Of a DNA stretch of 64,000 nt, positions 9,989 to 19,500 are shown in pieces. The notes under the pieces are model-generated. The model ran no database searches. It saw nothing but the letters and a program-made list of their open reading frames with translations, and was not told where the DNA came from. The DNA is from Nitrososphaerota archaeon. Lineage in GTDB: Archaea; Thermoproteota; EX4484-205; JAAOZP01. Position 1 is the stretch's first letter. Every line of letters begins with the position of its first letter. Location: contig JAAOZP010000003.1 in NCBI GenBank assembly GCA_011605725.1, forward strand, positions 1-64,000, read 5' to 3'. A program made the position numbers and the translations under genes.

Positions 9989-11005
9989 GTGGTAAGAAGC
10001 CTACGACTATGGAACTTCAGAGGCGTGGAGAAGGGCGAAGTTAGGCTTGCCCCTTTCACAATTATTCTAGGCGGCAACAACTCGGGTAAGACAACTATTC
10101 TCGAAGCCCTGTTCCTCGCGCCAAATCCTTTCCGCAGAGCCCCCTATTCCGGGGTTGACGTTGCCGTCAAGATTCTTCAAGAAACACACAGGGTTTTTGA
10201 AAACACGGGCTACTTCTTCCTTTTCCACAACTATACTTCGAGCGAGGCGAGAATCAAGTGCGACAGCCACGTCATAAGCTTCCTCAGGGATGATGAAACA
10301 ATTTACGTCACTACGAACAAGAGTGACGCTGGCGAATGCTTAATGCTTAAAGGGAAGCCGGCTAATGTTTTAGGAAAACTGTCTTTCACGCTTACCAACA
10401 TAGTCTCCATGTATGTTAACGATAAGGTGACTAAGGAGGATTCTCTGCTTCTCAGCCCAAGCCTTACAAGAATGAGTTACGACTATGTGAGGATAAACTG
10501 GCCTCTCCTCGCCCACAGTAATGTTTGCAGCAGGATCGCTGAAGAACTGTCTCGACTCCCCGGTGGAAAATGCGTCGACATAACCATGGAGCCCTTCTTC
10601 AAAGGAGGAGTATCGATAAACCTCCTTCTTGAAGAAGAGAAGAGGATAAGGCTTAGCGATGCTGGAACAGGGGTTCAGAACTACGTTATAGCGAGAATTC
10701 TTTACGAGTTGAAGAAGCCGGAGATACTGCTCTGGGACGATGTGGATAATGGTCTTGACCCGGCTACGCTTTTAAGCGTTGCACGCTGGTTCTCCAGTCT
10801 CGTGGAAAAAGGCACCCAGGTAATCGTAACCACCCGGAGCCCTGAAGCCGCGAGAAGGATTGCTGAAGCCGCCGGAGGCAGGCCGACAATACTTTTAAGC
10901 ATCCTTAAGGAAGGCAAGCTTGAAACCAGAAGACTGCTGGAGACTGAGCTGGATGATGGAATACTGGAGGCGGAAAAACCGTCGAAAAGCCTGCGTGCCG
11001 CTTAG
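9989..11005 (+). CDS. ABC-type AAA_21/AAA_15 ATPase (orphan)
   Basis: NFRGV, GGNNSGKTTILEAL (Walker A), LSDAGTG signature, LLWDDVD (Walker B-like), IVTTRS. Confidence 0.8.
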   Translation: MVRSLRLWNFRGVEKGEVRLAPFTIILGGNNSGKTTILEALFLAPNPFRRAPYSGVDVAVKILQETHRVFENTGYFFLFHNYTSSEARIKCDSHVISFLRDDETIYVTTNKSDAGECLMLKGKPANVLGKLSFTLTNIVSMYVNDKVTKEDSLLLSPSLTRMSYDYVRINWPLLAHSNVCSRIAEELSRLPGGKCVDITMEPFFKGGVSINLLLEEEKRIRLSDAGTGVQNYVIARILYELKKPEILLWDDVDNGLDPATLLSVARWFSSLVEKGTQVIVTTRSPEAARRIAEAAGGRPTILLSILKEGKLETRRLLETELDDGILEAEKPSKSLRAA

Positions 11006-11230
11006 GCTTGAAACCTCACGACTTAGAATAAGTTTAGACAGGACAGGTTGCTCAAAAATGGGGGATAATTTCTTCCTGCGTTTACTCGGCGGTGAGACTC
11101 TCCACATCATTGAAAAACCATCAGCATACTCTTAAACTTAGTTTGCCAACTCCTCGGATGAAACTAGCGTGCGCTACGGGTCAACCGGTTGGTTTATTTT
11201 AGCGACACGACAGTAAGTCATGATATTTTA

Positions 11231-11286
11231 TTTCATTTTCTACACGATACTTGATACGTTTTTCCCCAGATTAAAAAACTTTAAAA
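11231..11286 (+). promoter_or_regulatory. Conserved operator plus BRE/TATA upstream of the 560-aa glycan enzyme gene
   Basis: TTTCATTTT-N6-GATACTTGATACGTTTTT...AAAAAACTTTAAAA, nearly duplicated at 14343-14400. Confidence 0.65.
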
Positions 11287-11327
11287 GTTGCTCAAAGAGG
11301 GCACTATAACTTTGATGACGAGCTCTT

Positions 11328-13010
11328 ATGAAGCGTCAAGCATTGTCCTTTTTATCACTGATGTTCCTGGCAATAATGATTTCCTATTTCGTTTACTCAT
11401 TGTGGAGGGTTGAGCATATGAAAGAGTCACAGACTTTAATAAGAAGAATCGAATTAATGCCTTCTACTCCTGAACCGTTTGTCATGAAAAACTGGAAGGA
11501 GCTTACTAAAGCATACATCCGTTTCGTCTTCAACTTCAACCTTACCGGTGAGTACTTGCCCTTAATAAGGCTAGATAAATCTGACCCGGACGCTATTTCC
11601 TTCGACCTGCCGTCTTACATCGGCGATTCTAGGATGCGTGAAGGCTCTGGAGAAGCAATTAATTGCGTAGCAGCAGTGTTGAGTGGCACGCTTATCGGTA
11701 TTAACATGAGTAACTATAATGGTTATGACTGGGTTTCAATGTGTAAAAGCTGGTTCAGTAAGGAAGACGGTATATTTCTCAATGCTAAGAGAGGGCAAAG
11801 CGGAGGGTCTTTCTGGTATGACATATATCCAAACATATTGATTTTTTCCCTAGTATACTACTATCCGGAAGCAGCGCCTTCATGGAATTCGACTCTGTAT
11901 AATGCGGCTGAAAGTTTTTACAAGGCTTCCCAAATTATTCGCACACGATACAATGATTCAGATTTTGACTTCACCGCGTTCGATTTCCGCGGAATGATAC
12001 CCGTTAATAACGGAAGATGGGTGGAACCGGATGCAGCGGCAGGAATCGCATGGCTGGAGTACATGGCTTACGTGAAATGGGGCAATCCGCGTTTTCTGGA
12101 TGCTGCGAAGTGGAACATGCAGTTCCTCCAAGAGAGGAAAATTAATCCTTTCTACGAAGTGTTGCTTCCCTTCGGAGCCTATACTGCTGCACGCATGAAT
12201 GCAGAGCTCAGAACAAACTACGATGTGCAAAAGCTTTTGAACTGGTGTTTTGACGGCGAGACCCCGATAGGCCCAAGACCCGGATGGGGTGTTATAGTCG
12301 GCAAGTGGGGTGATTACGATGTCAATGGATTAGTAGGTAGTCTTACAGACGGCGGCGGTTATGCTTTTGCAATGAATACCTTCGACATGGCTCTGCCACT
12401 GGTACCCCTAGTACGTTACAACACTAGTTTCGCCAAGGATATAGGCAAGTGGCTGCTTAATGCTGCGAACAATGCTCGATTGTTTTATCCGGATTCACTC
12501 CCGGAAAGCCATCAATCCTCCTCATCATGGAGATATAGCAACGTTGTTGCGTATGAAGGATTGCGATACATATGGAATGGGAAGAGTCCCTACGCGATGG
12601 GTGACCCCATTCTCCATGGCTGGGGCGCTACTGACCTGGGTCTTTACGGGTCTTCCCATGTGGGAGTGTTCGGCGGAATCATTAGTCTTACTGATGATGA
12701 GAAAATACTTCAAATAGACCTCCTTAAAACAGATATGTATCACGGTCCTGCTTACCCAACATACCTTTATTATAATCCTTATGATGTTGAGAAAAGTGTA
12801 AAGATAGAAGTTGGTTCTGAGCCGGTGGACATTTACTGCGCTGTTACACATAGGTTTTTAGGAAGGAGTGTAACAGGCACTGGGGTGATTACGCTTCCGC
12901 CGGACTCGGCTGCAGTGATTATACTAGTGCCGTCTGGGGGTCAGGTTGAATATTCTAACGGAAGAATGCTTGTGAACGGGATCATCGTAGACTATGAATG
13001 TGAAAGTTAA
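11328..13010 (+). CDS. Membrane-anchored putative glycan-active (alpha/alpha)-barrel enzyme, uncharacterised
   Basis: N-terminal TM helix; aromatic/acidic motifs GSFWYDIYPN, EPDAAAGIAW, NPFYEVLLP, YAFAMN, YEG; carbohydrate gene context. Confidence 0.6.
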   Translation: MKRQALSFLSLMFLAIMISYFVYSLWRVEHMKESQTLIRRIELMPSTPEPFVMKNWKELTKAYIRFVFNFNLTGEYLPLIRLDKSDPDAISFDLPSYIGDSRMREGSGEAINCVAAVLSGTLIGINMSNYNGYDWVSMCKSWFSKEDGIFLNAKRGQSGGSFWYDIYPNILIFSLVYYYPEAAPSWNSTLYNAAESFYKASQIIRTRYNDSDFDFTAFDFRGMIPVNNGRWVEPDAAAGIAWLEYMAYVKWGNPRFLDAAKWNMQFLQERKINPFYEVLLPFGAYTAARMNAELRTNYDVQKLLNWCFDGETPIGPRPGWGVIVGKWGDYDVNGLVGSLTDGGGYAFAMNTFDMALPLVPLVRYNTSFAKDIGKWLLNAANNARLFYPDSLPESHQSSSSWRYSNVVAYEGLRYIWNGKSPYAMGDPILHGWGATDLGLYGSSHVGVFGGIISLTDDEKILQIDLLKTDMYHGPAYPTYLYYNPYDVEKSVKIEVGSEPVDIYCAVTHRFLGRSVTGTGVITLPPDSAAVIILVPSGGQVEYSNGRMLVNGIIVDYECES

Positions 13011-13058
13011 AGTGCTGAAAGCTTTATATTGCTGATAAAAAGAATCATATAGCCAAGA

Positions 13059-14366
13059 TTGCCAAAACAGATCAGGTTCGACGAGAAAGATAAAGTTATT
13101 CTCTCGATCCTGTATGAAGACGCTCGCCTTAAAAACAGGCAGATCGCTTTAAAAACCAATCTTAGCCAAGCCACTGTCGCCAGAAGAATCAATAAAATGA
13201 AAAAAATGCAGATTATAAAAAGGGTTGTTCCCATAATTGATTATAAAAAAATAGGCAAGACTTCTGCATGCTTCATCCTGCTCGATTTAAAGAACTGCGA
13301 TGCCGACAGCTTGATGAAATACTTGGAAAATGCTGAGGAAGTAATATGTTTGTACCTTCTTGAAGGAGAAAAAATGCTTTTAAAAACTGTTTTTGAAAAC
13401 AGATCGGCTTTAAATAATTTTGTCGACAAGATTAAAAGGTTTTTCGGAAGCAACATCGACAGTCTTTACGAGGTCAGATCCATCCTGATTGAGGAGAAAT
13501 GTCCCTTCCAAGGCGTTTCAGAGTTGAGGGCTGAAACTCATTATGAGGATCAGTCGAAAATAACGCTAAGCAACAGTAGGATTAGGCTCACTGTAGATTT
13601 AGGCAAGGGTGGAATAATAGACGAAATAGTTCCCACGAACATGAGTAGCATAAACCTGGCTTTTCCCGAGCTTGGCCTGCTTTTCGACACTTTTATAGAA
13701 ACCCAGTTTTGGCTGGACGAGCTTCAAATAACTAAGCCCTACTACAATATAAAAAGGGATGAGAACTGGATGGAGCTAAACTTCAGAAAATCAGTTAAAG
13801 CGATTTCTGCGTTAAGAGGTTTAGAGATAACTAAGACAATTCGTTTAGAAAAAAACTTGAACGAGGCTAAGATCAAGTATTTACTGGTCAATAATGGTGG
13901 AGCTGAAAAAACATTGACGCTTTGGGTTTGCAACTATCTTGACGCCTCACTATTCTCAGAGCTGATAATCCCGTCGGCTGACGGCGTTAAAAAAATAAAG
14001 GTTGTGAACGATTCGAGCAGAGGCTTTTTCACAGTTTCGGAGAAAGAGCTGAATGAGCTGGTGGGGAAATACTGGCGGGATGAATGGGGCTTATTCGTCC
14101 ACCCCGAGAAGCCTGTAGATAGAGCTGGCTATTTCAGTAAGCTTTTAAAAATCATCCTAATGTTTCACTTCGACCCGAAGCAAGTGTGGGTTGTTAAGAG
14201 GTTTTGGGGAGAGAAATACGTTAGTCTAGAACTACTGTTCAACCCAGCCTCCATGCGGCCGGGGGAGACTGCTCAATACGAATTCAACATCCGCTTGTTA
14301 TCAAGCAGAAAAGACTATTCTGATGAGTTTCACGGTAATTTGTTTCATTTTTCCCCGGATATTTGA
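13059..14366 (+). CDS. Lrp/AsnC regulator fused to a galactose-mutarotase-like beta-sandwich domain
   Basis: DEKDKVILSILYEDAR...IA....LSQATVARRINKM....II.....IDYKKIG; C-terminal ITLSNSRIRLTVDLGKGGII...LEITKTIRL...Y.L.N...SLEL...PGE. Confidence 0.75.
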   Translation: MPKQIRFDEKDKVILSILYEDARLKNRQIALKTNLSQATVARRINKMKKMQIIKRVVPIIDYKKIGKTSACFILLDLKNCDADSLMKYLENAEEVICLYLLEGEKMLLKTVFENRSALNNFVDKIKRFFGSNIDSLYEVRSILIEEKCPFQGVSELRAETHYEDQSKITLSNSRIRLTVDLGKGGIIDEIVPTNMSSINLAFPELGLLFDTFIETQFWLDELQITKPYYNIKRDENWMELNFRKSVKAISALRGLEITKTIRLEKNLNEAKIKYLLVNNGGAEKTLTLWVCNYLDASLFSELIIPSADGVKKIKVVNDSSRGFFTVSEKELNELVGKYWRDEWGLFVHPEKPVDRAGYFSKLLKIILMFHFDPKQVWVVKRFWGEKYVSLELLFNPASMRPGETAQYEFNIRLLSSRKDYSDEFHGNLFHFSPDI

Positions 14367-14400
14367 CACATTTTTTCCTTAATTGAAAAAACTTAAAAAA
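14343..14400 (+). promoter_or_regulatory. Second copy of the operator plus BRE/TATA, upstream of the transporter operon
   Basis: TTTCATTTT-N6-GATATTTGACACATTTTT...AAAAAACTTAAAAA; overlaps the end of the regulator gene. Confidence 0.65.
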
Positions 14401-14427
14401 ACATCAAAAGTATTAACAACGGTAAAA

Positions 14428-16458
14428 ATGAGCCAGGAAGCTGGCGTACAAACGTATGAGGAAGGGGGGGCAAAAACTGTTCTAGCAAAATTCCCGTTAC
14501 GTGCCTTCATAATAGGCCTTATACTGGCAGTGATTTCGACCATGCTCTGGGTTGCGCATACTCGTGCCAACTTGACCTACAATATACCTTGGGCAGGCTT
14601 AGCTGCAGGAGGAATAGACTTCACACTGTTCATAGGATACGGTTTCGCTTCCCTAATAGTTCTACCAATCATCCTGTCTAAAATCGGCGTAAAACTTACT
14701 CCTACGGAATACGCTATCATATACATAATGGTTCTAATCGGATGGACTGGGCCTGCTCTTTTCTGGATGTGGGGCGTCCAAATATGGACTGTCTGGACAT
14801 GGAGCGGAGGAGTCGTGGCAAAAGAACTTGCATTAACCGGGAAAATACCTGCCTACTGGTATGTTTTGAACGAGAAACAGGCAGAATGGTTCTTCTCAGG
14901 CGGGCCTTTCATATTGAGCGAAATCTCTAGTCCAATACTCTTCTGGAGCGTAATGGCCATATGTGAAGGACTCATGACGTTCTTCCTAGCTCTGATCTTC
15001 AGAAGGAAATGGGTTGAAACCGAAAGCCTACCTTTCCCATTCGCCTCCTCAGCAGTAATGCTGGTAAACATGACTGAAGAAGCTCAAGACAAGCCCGGTA
15101 TTAAAATGGCGAGAGAAAGGCTACTCTGGATCGCGTTCCTAATCGCAGTGCTGGCTTACGGGTTCAACATAATACATGCTTTCATTCCAACAATACCGCG
15201 GATTCCAATAGATGAAATCGATCTGAATCCTTGGGGTGGGGGGAACATTGGAGTCAACCTGGATTTAACACCGACGTTTAAAGGCGCGATGATCGTTCTA
15301 AACTTCAATCCTCTGCTTATAGCAGCATTATTCCTCCTGCCGCTCGACATCCTGTTAACCACGTGGGTAGCAATGGTTGTGTTTCAATGGATATGGCCTG
15401 CCGTCGGGATCTCTACAGGCTTGTTCCCAGATATCTCGGCGCAAGGCGCTTGGAGCGTATGGTGGGCACTTGGAAACGAATGGTCCGGAGCAATCTGGTA
15501 TTTACTTGGATATGGCTTTATACAGGGAGTGGCAATATGGGTGATAATATCGAGTCGAAAATACTTTTCCAGCCTAATCTCCTCAGCCATCAAGGGAGAC
15601 GCTGAATCCCGCATCGGCCTCTTCGGCTTCATAGGCATAACCGTGATATGGCTACTCATCATGTTTGCGCAAGGCGCTAATCCATTGGTTATAACACTTT
15701 CAGTAGTCTATTTCCTCCTCGTCTACTTGGGAATGATGAGGTACCGTACGGAGTCTTCCCCCGCCGGCGGCGGCTTCTGGTGGTGGAACTGGACTAACGG
15801 AGTCTTCTCAAAAATAGGTAACTGGCCGATAGGATCGCCTGAAGCATATGTAACAATGAACCTAACGTCTCCAATGGGTGCAGGCCCAGGCAATATACAG
15901 TATGCACTATTATCAACAGATATTGTGCATATTTCATCACAGTTCAAGATGGATGTCAAACACCTGTGTTTAATCGTTGTCTTAACCACAGTGATCACCG
16001 TGATTTTCGGAGGCATATTCTATGCCTGGTGGGGCTACGCTGGTTTAAGAGGCCTCGGATGGCTTAACGACCAGCAAACCTTCGCGATAGACCTTGGGTA
16101 TGCGATTTATAAGAGTGGAACATCGTTCAAACTAACTGTCTGGGAGCCAACATACATTCCTTACATTGCTGGAGTCGTCTTGGCGGTGATACTCATGTGG
16201 CTTAAAGCGACTTTCGCAACAATCCCGTTCAACCCGTTAGGTTTAATAATGGGCTGCATGTACATGTGGCCATGGGTTTTCACGTCAGTGCTGATAGCTT
16301 GGCTGGCAAAGTACATAATCTTCAAAACAGGAGGAACCCCATTATACCAGAGGCTTCTCCCCGGTGCAATAGGTTTCATAGGTGGTTATTGGTTTGTGAA
16401 ACTAGTCATGTGGTTCATAGTCCGCCTCTTCATAGGATTACAGCTACCGCCCCCATAG
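14428..16458 (+). CDS. Polytopic membrane protein, DUF6785/OPT-superfamily-like transporter
   Basis: Many TM helices; LT..EYAIIY, IFRRKWVETESLPFP, PFNPLG, KYIIFKTGG..LYQR..P.AIG. Start moved to ATG 14428 because the ORF-track start (14383) lies inside the promoter. Confidence 0.75.
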   Translation: MSQEAGVQTYEEGGAKTVLAKFPLRAFIIGLILAVISTMLWVAHTRANLTYNIPWAGLAAGGIDFTLFIGYGFASLIVLPIILSKIGVKLTPTEYAIIYIMVLIGWTGPALFWMWGVQIWTVWTWSGGVVAKELALTGKIPAYWYVLNEKQAEWFFSGGPFILSEISSPILFWSVMAICEGLMTFFLALIFRRKWVETESLPFPFASSAVMLVNMTEEAQDKPGIKMARERLLWIAFLIAVLAYGFNIIHAFIPTIPRIPIDEIDLNPWGGGNIGVNLDLTPTFKGAMIVLNFNPLLIAALFLLPLDILLTTWVAMVVFQWIWPAVGISTGLFPDISAQGAWSVWWALGNEWSGAIWYLLGYGFIQGVAIWVIISSRKYFSSLISSAIKGDAESRIGLFGFIGITVIWLLIMFAQGANPLVITLSVVYFLLVYLGMMRYRTESSPAGGGFWWWNWTNGVFSKIGNWPIGSPEAYVTMNLTSPMGAGPGNIQYALLSTDIVHISSQFKMDVKHLCLIVVLTTVITVIFGGIFYAWWGYAGLRGLGWLNDQQTFAIDLGYAIYKSGTSFKLTVWEPTYIPYIAGVVLAVILMWLKATFATIPFNPLGLIMGCMYMWPWVFTSVLIAWLAKYIIFKTGGTPLYQRLLPGAIGFIGGYWFVKLVMWFIVRLFIGLQLPPP

Positions 16459-16531
16459 AAGCAAACATGTTTTTTTCAAACATCTATTCTTTTTCCGCTT
16501 TCTCCACTAAAAGGTGGTCGGCTTGAATAAG

Positions 16532-19500
16532 ATGAGAATATTACTCCTCACAATTCTTCTCATAGTGTTTTCCATGATGTTCCCCCCGGGCCCTCTAAAT
16601 CCGTCGGGATTAGGAGAGGAGAGAGAGGATAGTAGCGTTATGCACACGAGCCTCCACAGCGTCATGCAAAAAGTTGATTTAAACGCTGTGGTGAACCATG
16701 TTTCTTACCTTTCCAGTCTGGATTCACGCGTCACGGGTTATCCCGGGTATGAAAAAGCCTGTGAATATGTTTACAGCAGGTTTGTCGAATACGGTTTATC
16801 AAACGTCTCATACCACTTCTATAATGTTGCAGTTCCTATTGATTACGAGACATACGTATTTCTCCCCTCTAAAGGTGTTAAACTCAAAGCTTATGCACTT
16901 TGGCCCAACGGTATACAGGCTAGTTCAATAAATTTAACGGCGCCACTCGTCTACTGTGGGGACGGCGAGTGGAGAGATTTTGACGGAAAGAAGATAAACG
17001 GAAGCATAGTTCTTCTCGAGTTCAACAGCCGTGATAACTGGTTGAAGGCTTCTGAACTGGGAGCTAGAGCCGTTATCTTCATAGAGCCGGACGATACTTC
17101 TACCTCAGAGGCTCAGCTTAAGAAGCTTAATTATGTTCCCCTCGATTTCCCAAGGCTCTACGTGAACAAGACAGCAGCGAAAATAATCCTTGACGAGCTT
17201 AAGCTTGAAGATAGTCTCACAGTACAGGTTTTCTCAAACATGAAGTATGAAAACATACGTGCAAAGAATGTAGTTGGCTTCATAAACGGGGTTGACCCTG
17301 ATCCAGCGATACGCGAGCAAATAGTGTTGATAGTTTCTCATTTCGACTCGGCCTCAGTGGTGCCGGCGCTCTCACCTGGAGCGAGCGAGGCAATCGGAGT
17401 GGCGGCGCTTCTTGAGCTTGCAAAGTTTTTCGCCGAAAACCCTGCTCCACGCACATTAATGTTTATCGCATTTTCAGGACACGGGGAGAACCTGATGGGT
17501 GCAAGGGCTTTCATGGGGGACATCGTATGGTTCGAAAAGAATGTTTCTCTCGCATCGAAGTTTGTCAGCGTGCTGGATATAGACATAACTGCTGAAACGG
17601 ACTCCTCGGGATTCATGTTCTCCTTCATTGGAAACCAGGAGTCAAACAATTGGTATTCTGCATACTATCAAAGTTTCATCGAAAATGTTTCACAACTCTG
17701 GGTAGATCTGTATGCGAAAACATACAGGATAGAAGGATATCCTGGCATGCTTCCCGTAATGATAAGCCCGCTGAGCATCAGCTCTGAAGGAAACATCTTC
17801 GGCAGTTGCGGAATATTCTCAACCATTCAAATAACAGGCCACTCTTGGTATCGGTATAGGGGTACACCTATCGATACGCTGGATAAATATGATTTTAACA
17901 ACGTTAGGCCACAGGTGCAGGTTTTCTTTTTAAACGCTTACCTTCTTGCTAACTCTCTACCCAAAAAGCCTTTGCAACCGTTCAGCATCAGTTTCGCAAG
18001 GTTTCCACAGGGTAGCACTGTTGTGCAGGGCGGCGGATTCGGGCTTCTAGTTGGGAAAGTCGTGGAGTATGACATGGCGAAAGGGGAATACGAGCCTGTT
18101 CCAAACAGTATCGTCTTAATCAGATCTTCAACAGGCAGCGAGTTTCAAGTGACGTTTACTAACGCTGAGGGCGTTTTCATTTATCCTGGAGCACGTCCAC
18201 TAGCCCGTCAAGGCTACCCGTATTTTGTAGAAGCGTACACGATTAACAGCTCTACCAATTCAATACTGTACGCTCCAGATTACGGTAGGTATGTAGCATC
18301 CTACAGCAATTACATACAGGTTCCGATGGAGGGGTATCTGGGCACTTTAGAGCATCCGAGGCCTTTTGTTGTTTTCAAAGCGGGAAGCCTAGTACAGTAT
18401 GATGTCTTGGCCACTGAGCAACTACTGTCGACGATTAGCTTTTACTCTCGCGAATTAGGAATAACAGCTGGAACAATATCTCCAACGATATATGTAAACG
18501 ATATTGGAACGCATGCTCCGCCTGATCATTACAGCTGGATTGCGGAGAGTGCTGTCAGCATTGTTTTCGCAACCTCTTCGAAGCCTATCGAGGTAATAAT
18601 TAAAGTTGGCTCGTCACCATTAGGCATGCTGATTAACGCTACTCAAGAACATCCAGAGGGTTCAGGCATCAGGTTAAGGATTGGCGAACAGTTAAAAATC
18701 ACCCACACGCCTTTAAAACTTGCAAATGATCTTCTTCTCCTCAACACTGCCCGTTTATCCAGTGCTAACTTAAAAGGATTATACACTGGGGCTGAGGACT
18801 ATCATAGTCAGGCGTCAGCTTCCTTGGAAAACGCTAAGACCGCTCTCAACAGGAATGAATACTCGCTTTTCTATGCGGAATGTATCGAATCCTGGTCTTT
18901 AAGCAAACAGGTTTATCAACTTGTTATGGATAACATTAATTCCTCAGCAAGCACCGCTTCATTCCTATTTGCCTTCCTGATCCCATTCACACTGATCTTC
19001 GAAGGACTCTTCTTCTCCAATGTTAAAGCCTCCGCTAAGACTAGGTTTCTCAGGATAGTTGTAATCTTCGTTTCGATTCTAATGATCCTAGTGTTTTTCC
19101 ATCCGGGTTTCAGAATCGCTTCAAGCATTTACGTCTCCCTGCTCGGATTAACTATTCTAACTTTCACTCTCCCGGTAACGATAATTCTAATCTTGAACGC
19201 GGAAAGATTTCTTAGAGAAGTCAGAGTCAAGCTTATAGGAGAACACTATACTCGAGTGGGCAGGACAGCAGCCGTTTCTTTATCTTTCAACATGGGGATT
19301 TCACAGATGAGAAAGAGGACTTTAAGGACCTTCTTAGTGTTATTCTCGTTAATAGTAATAACTACGAGCACAGTCATGTTCACCTCCGTCTACCCGCTTA
19401 CGATTGTAGGTAAGTATCCGAAGACAGGGCAAGCCAACTATGCAGGCTTGTTCCTGAGAGACATAGGTTACTCCTCGCTTAACTTCTGGTTTGTTGACAG

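Noticed and set aside
14383-14427. ORF-track N-terminal extension MKKLKKTSK of the DUF6785-like gene
   Set aside because: It is the BRE/TATA region shared with 11231-11286; ATG 14428 is more plausible.
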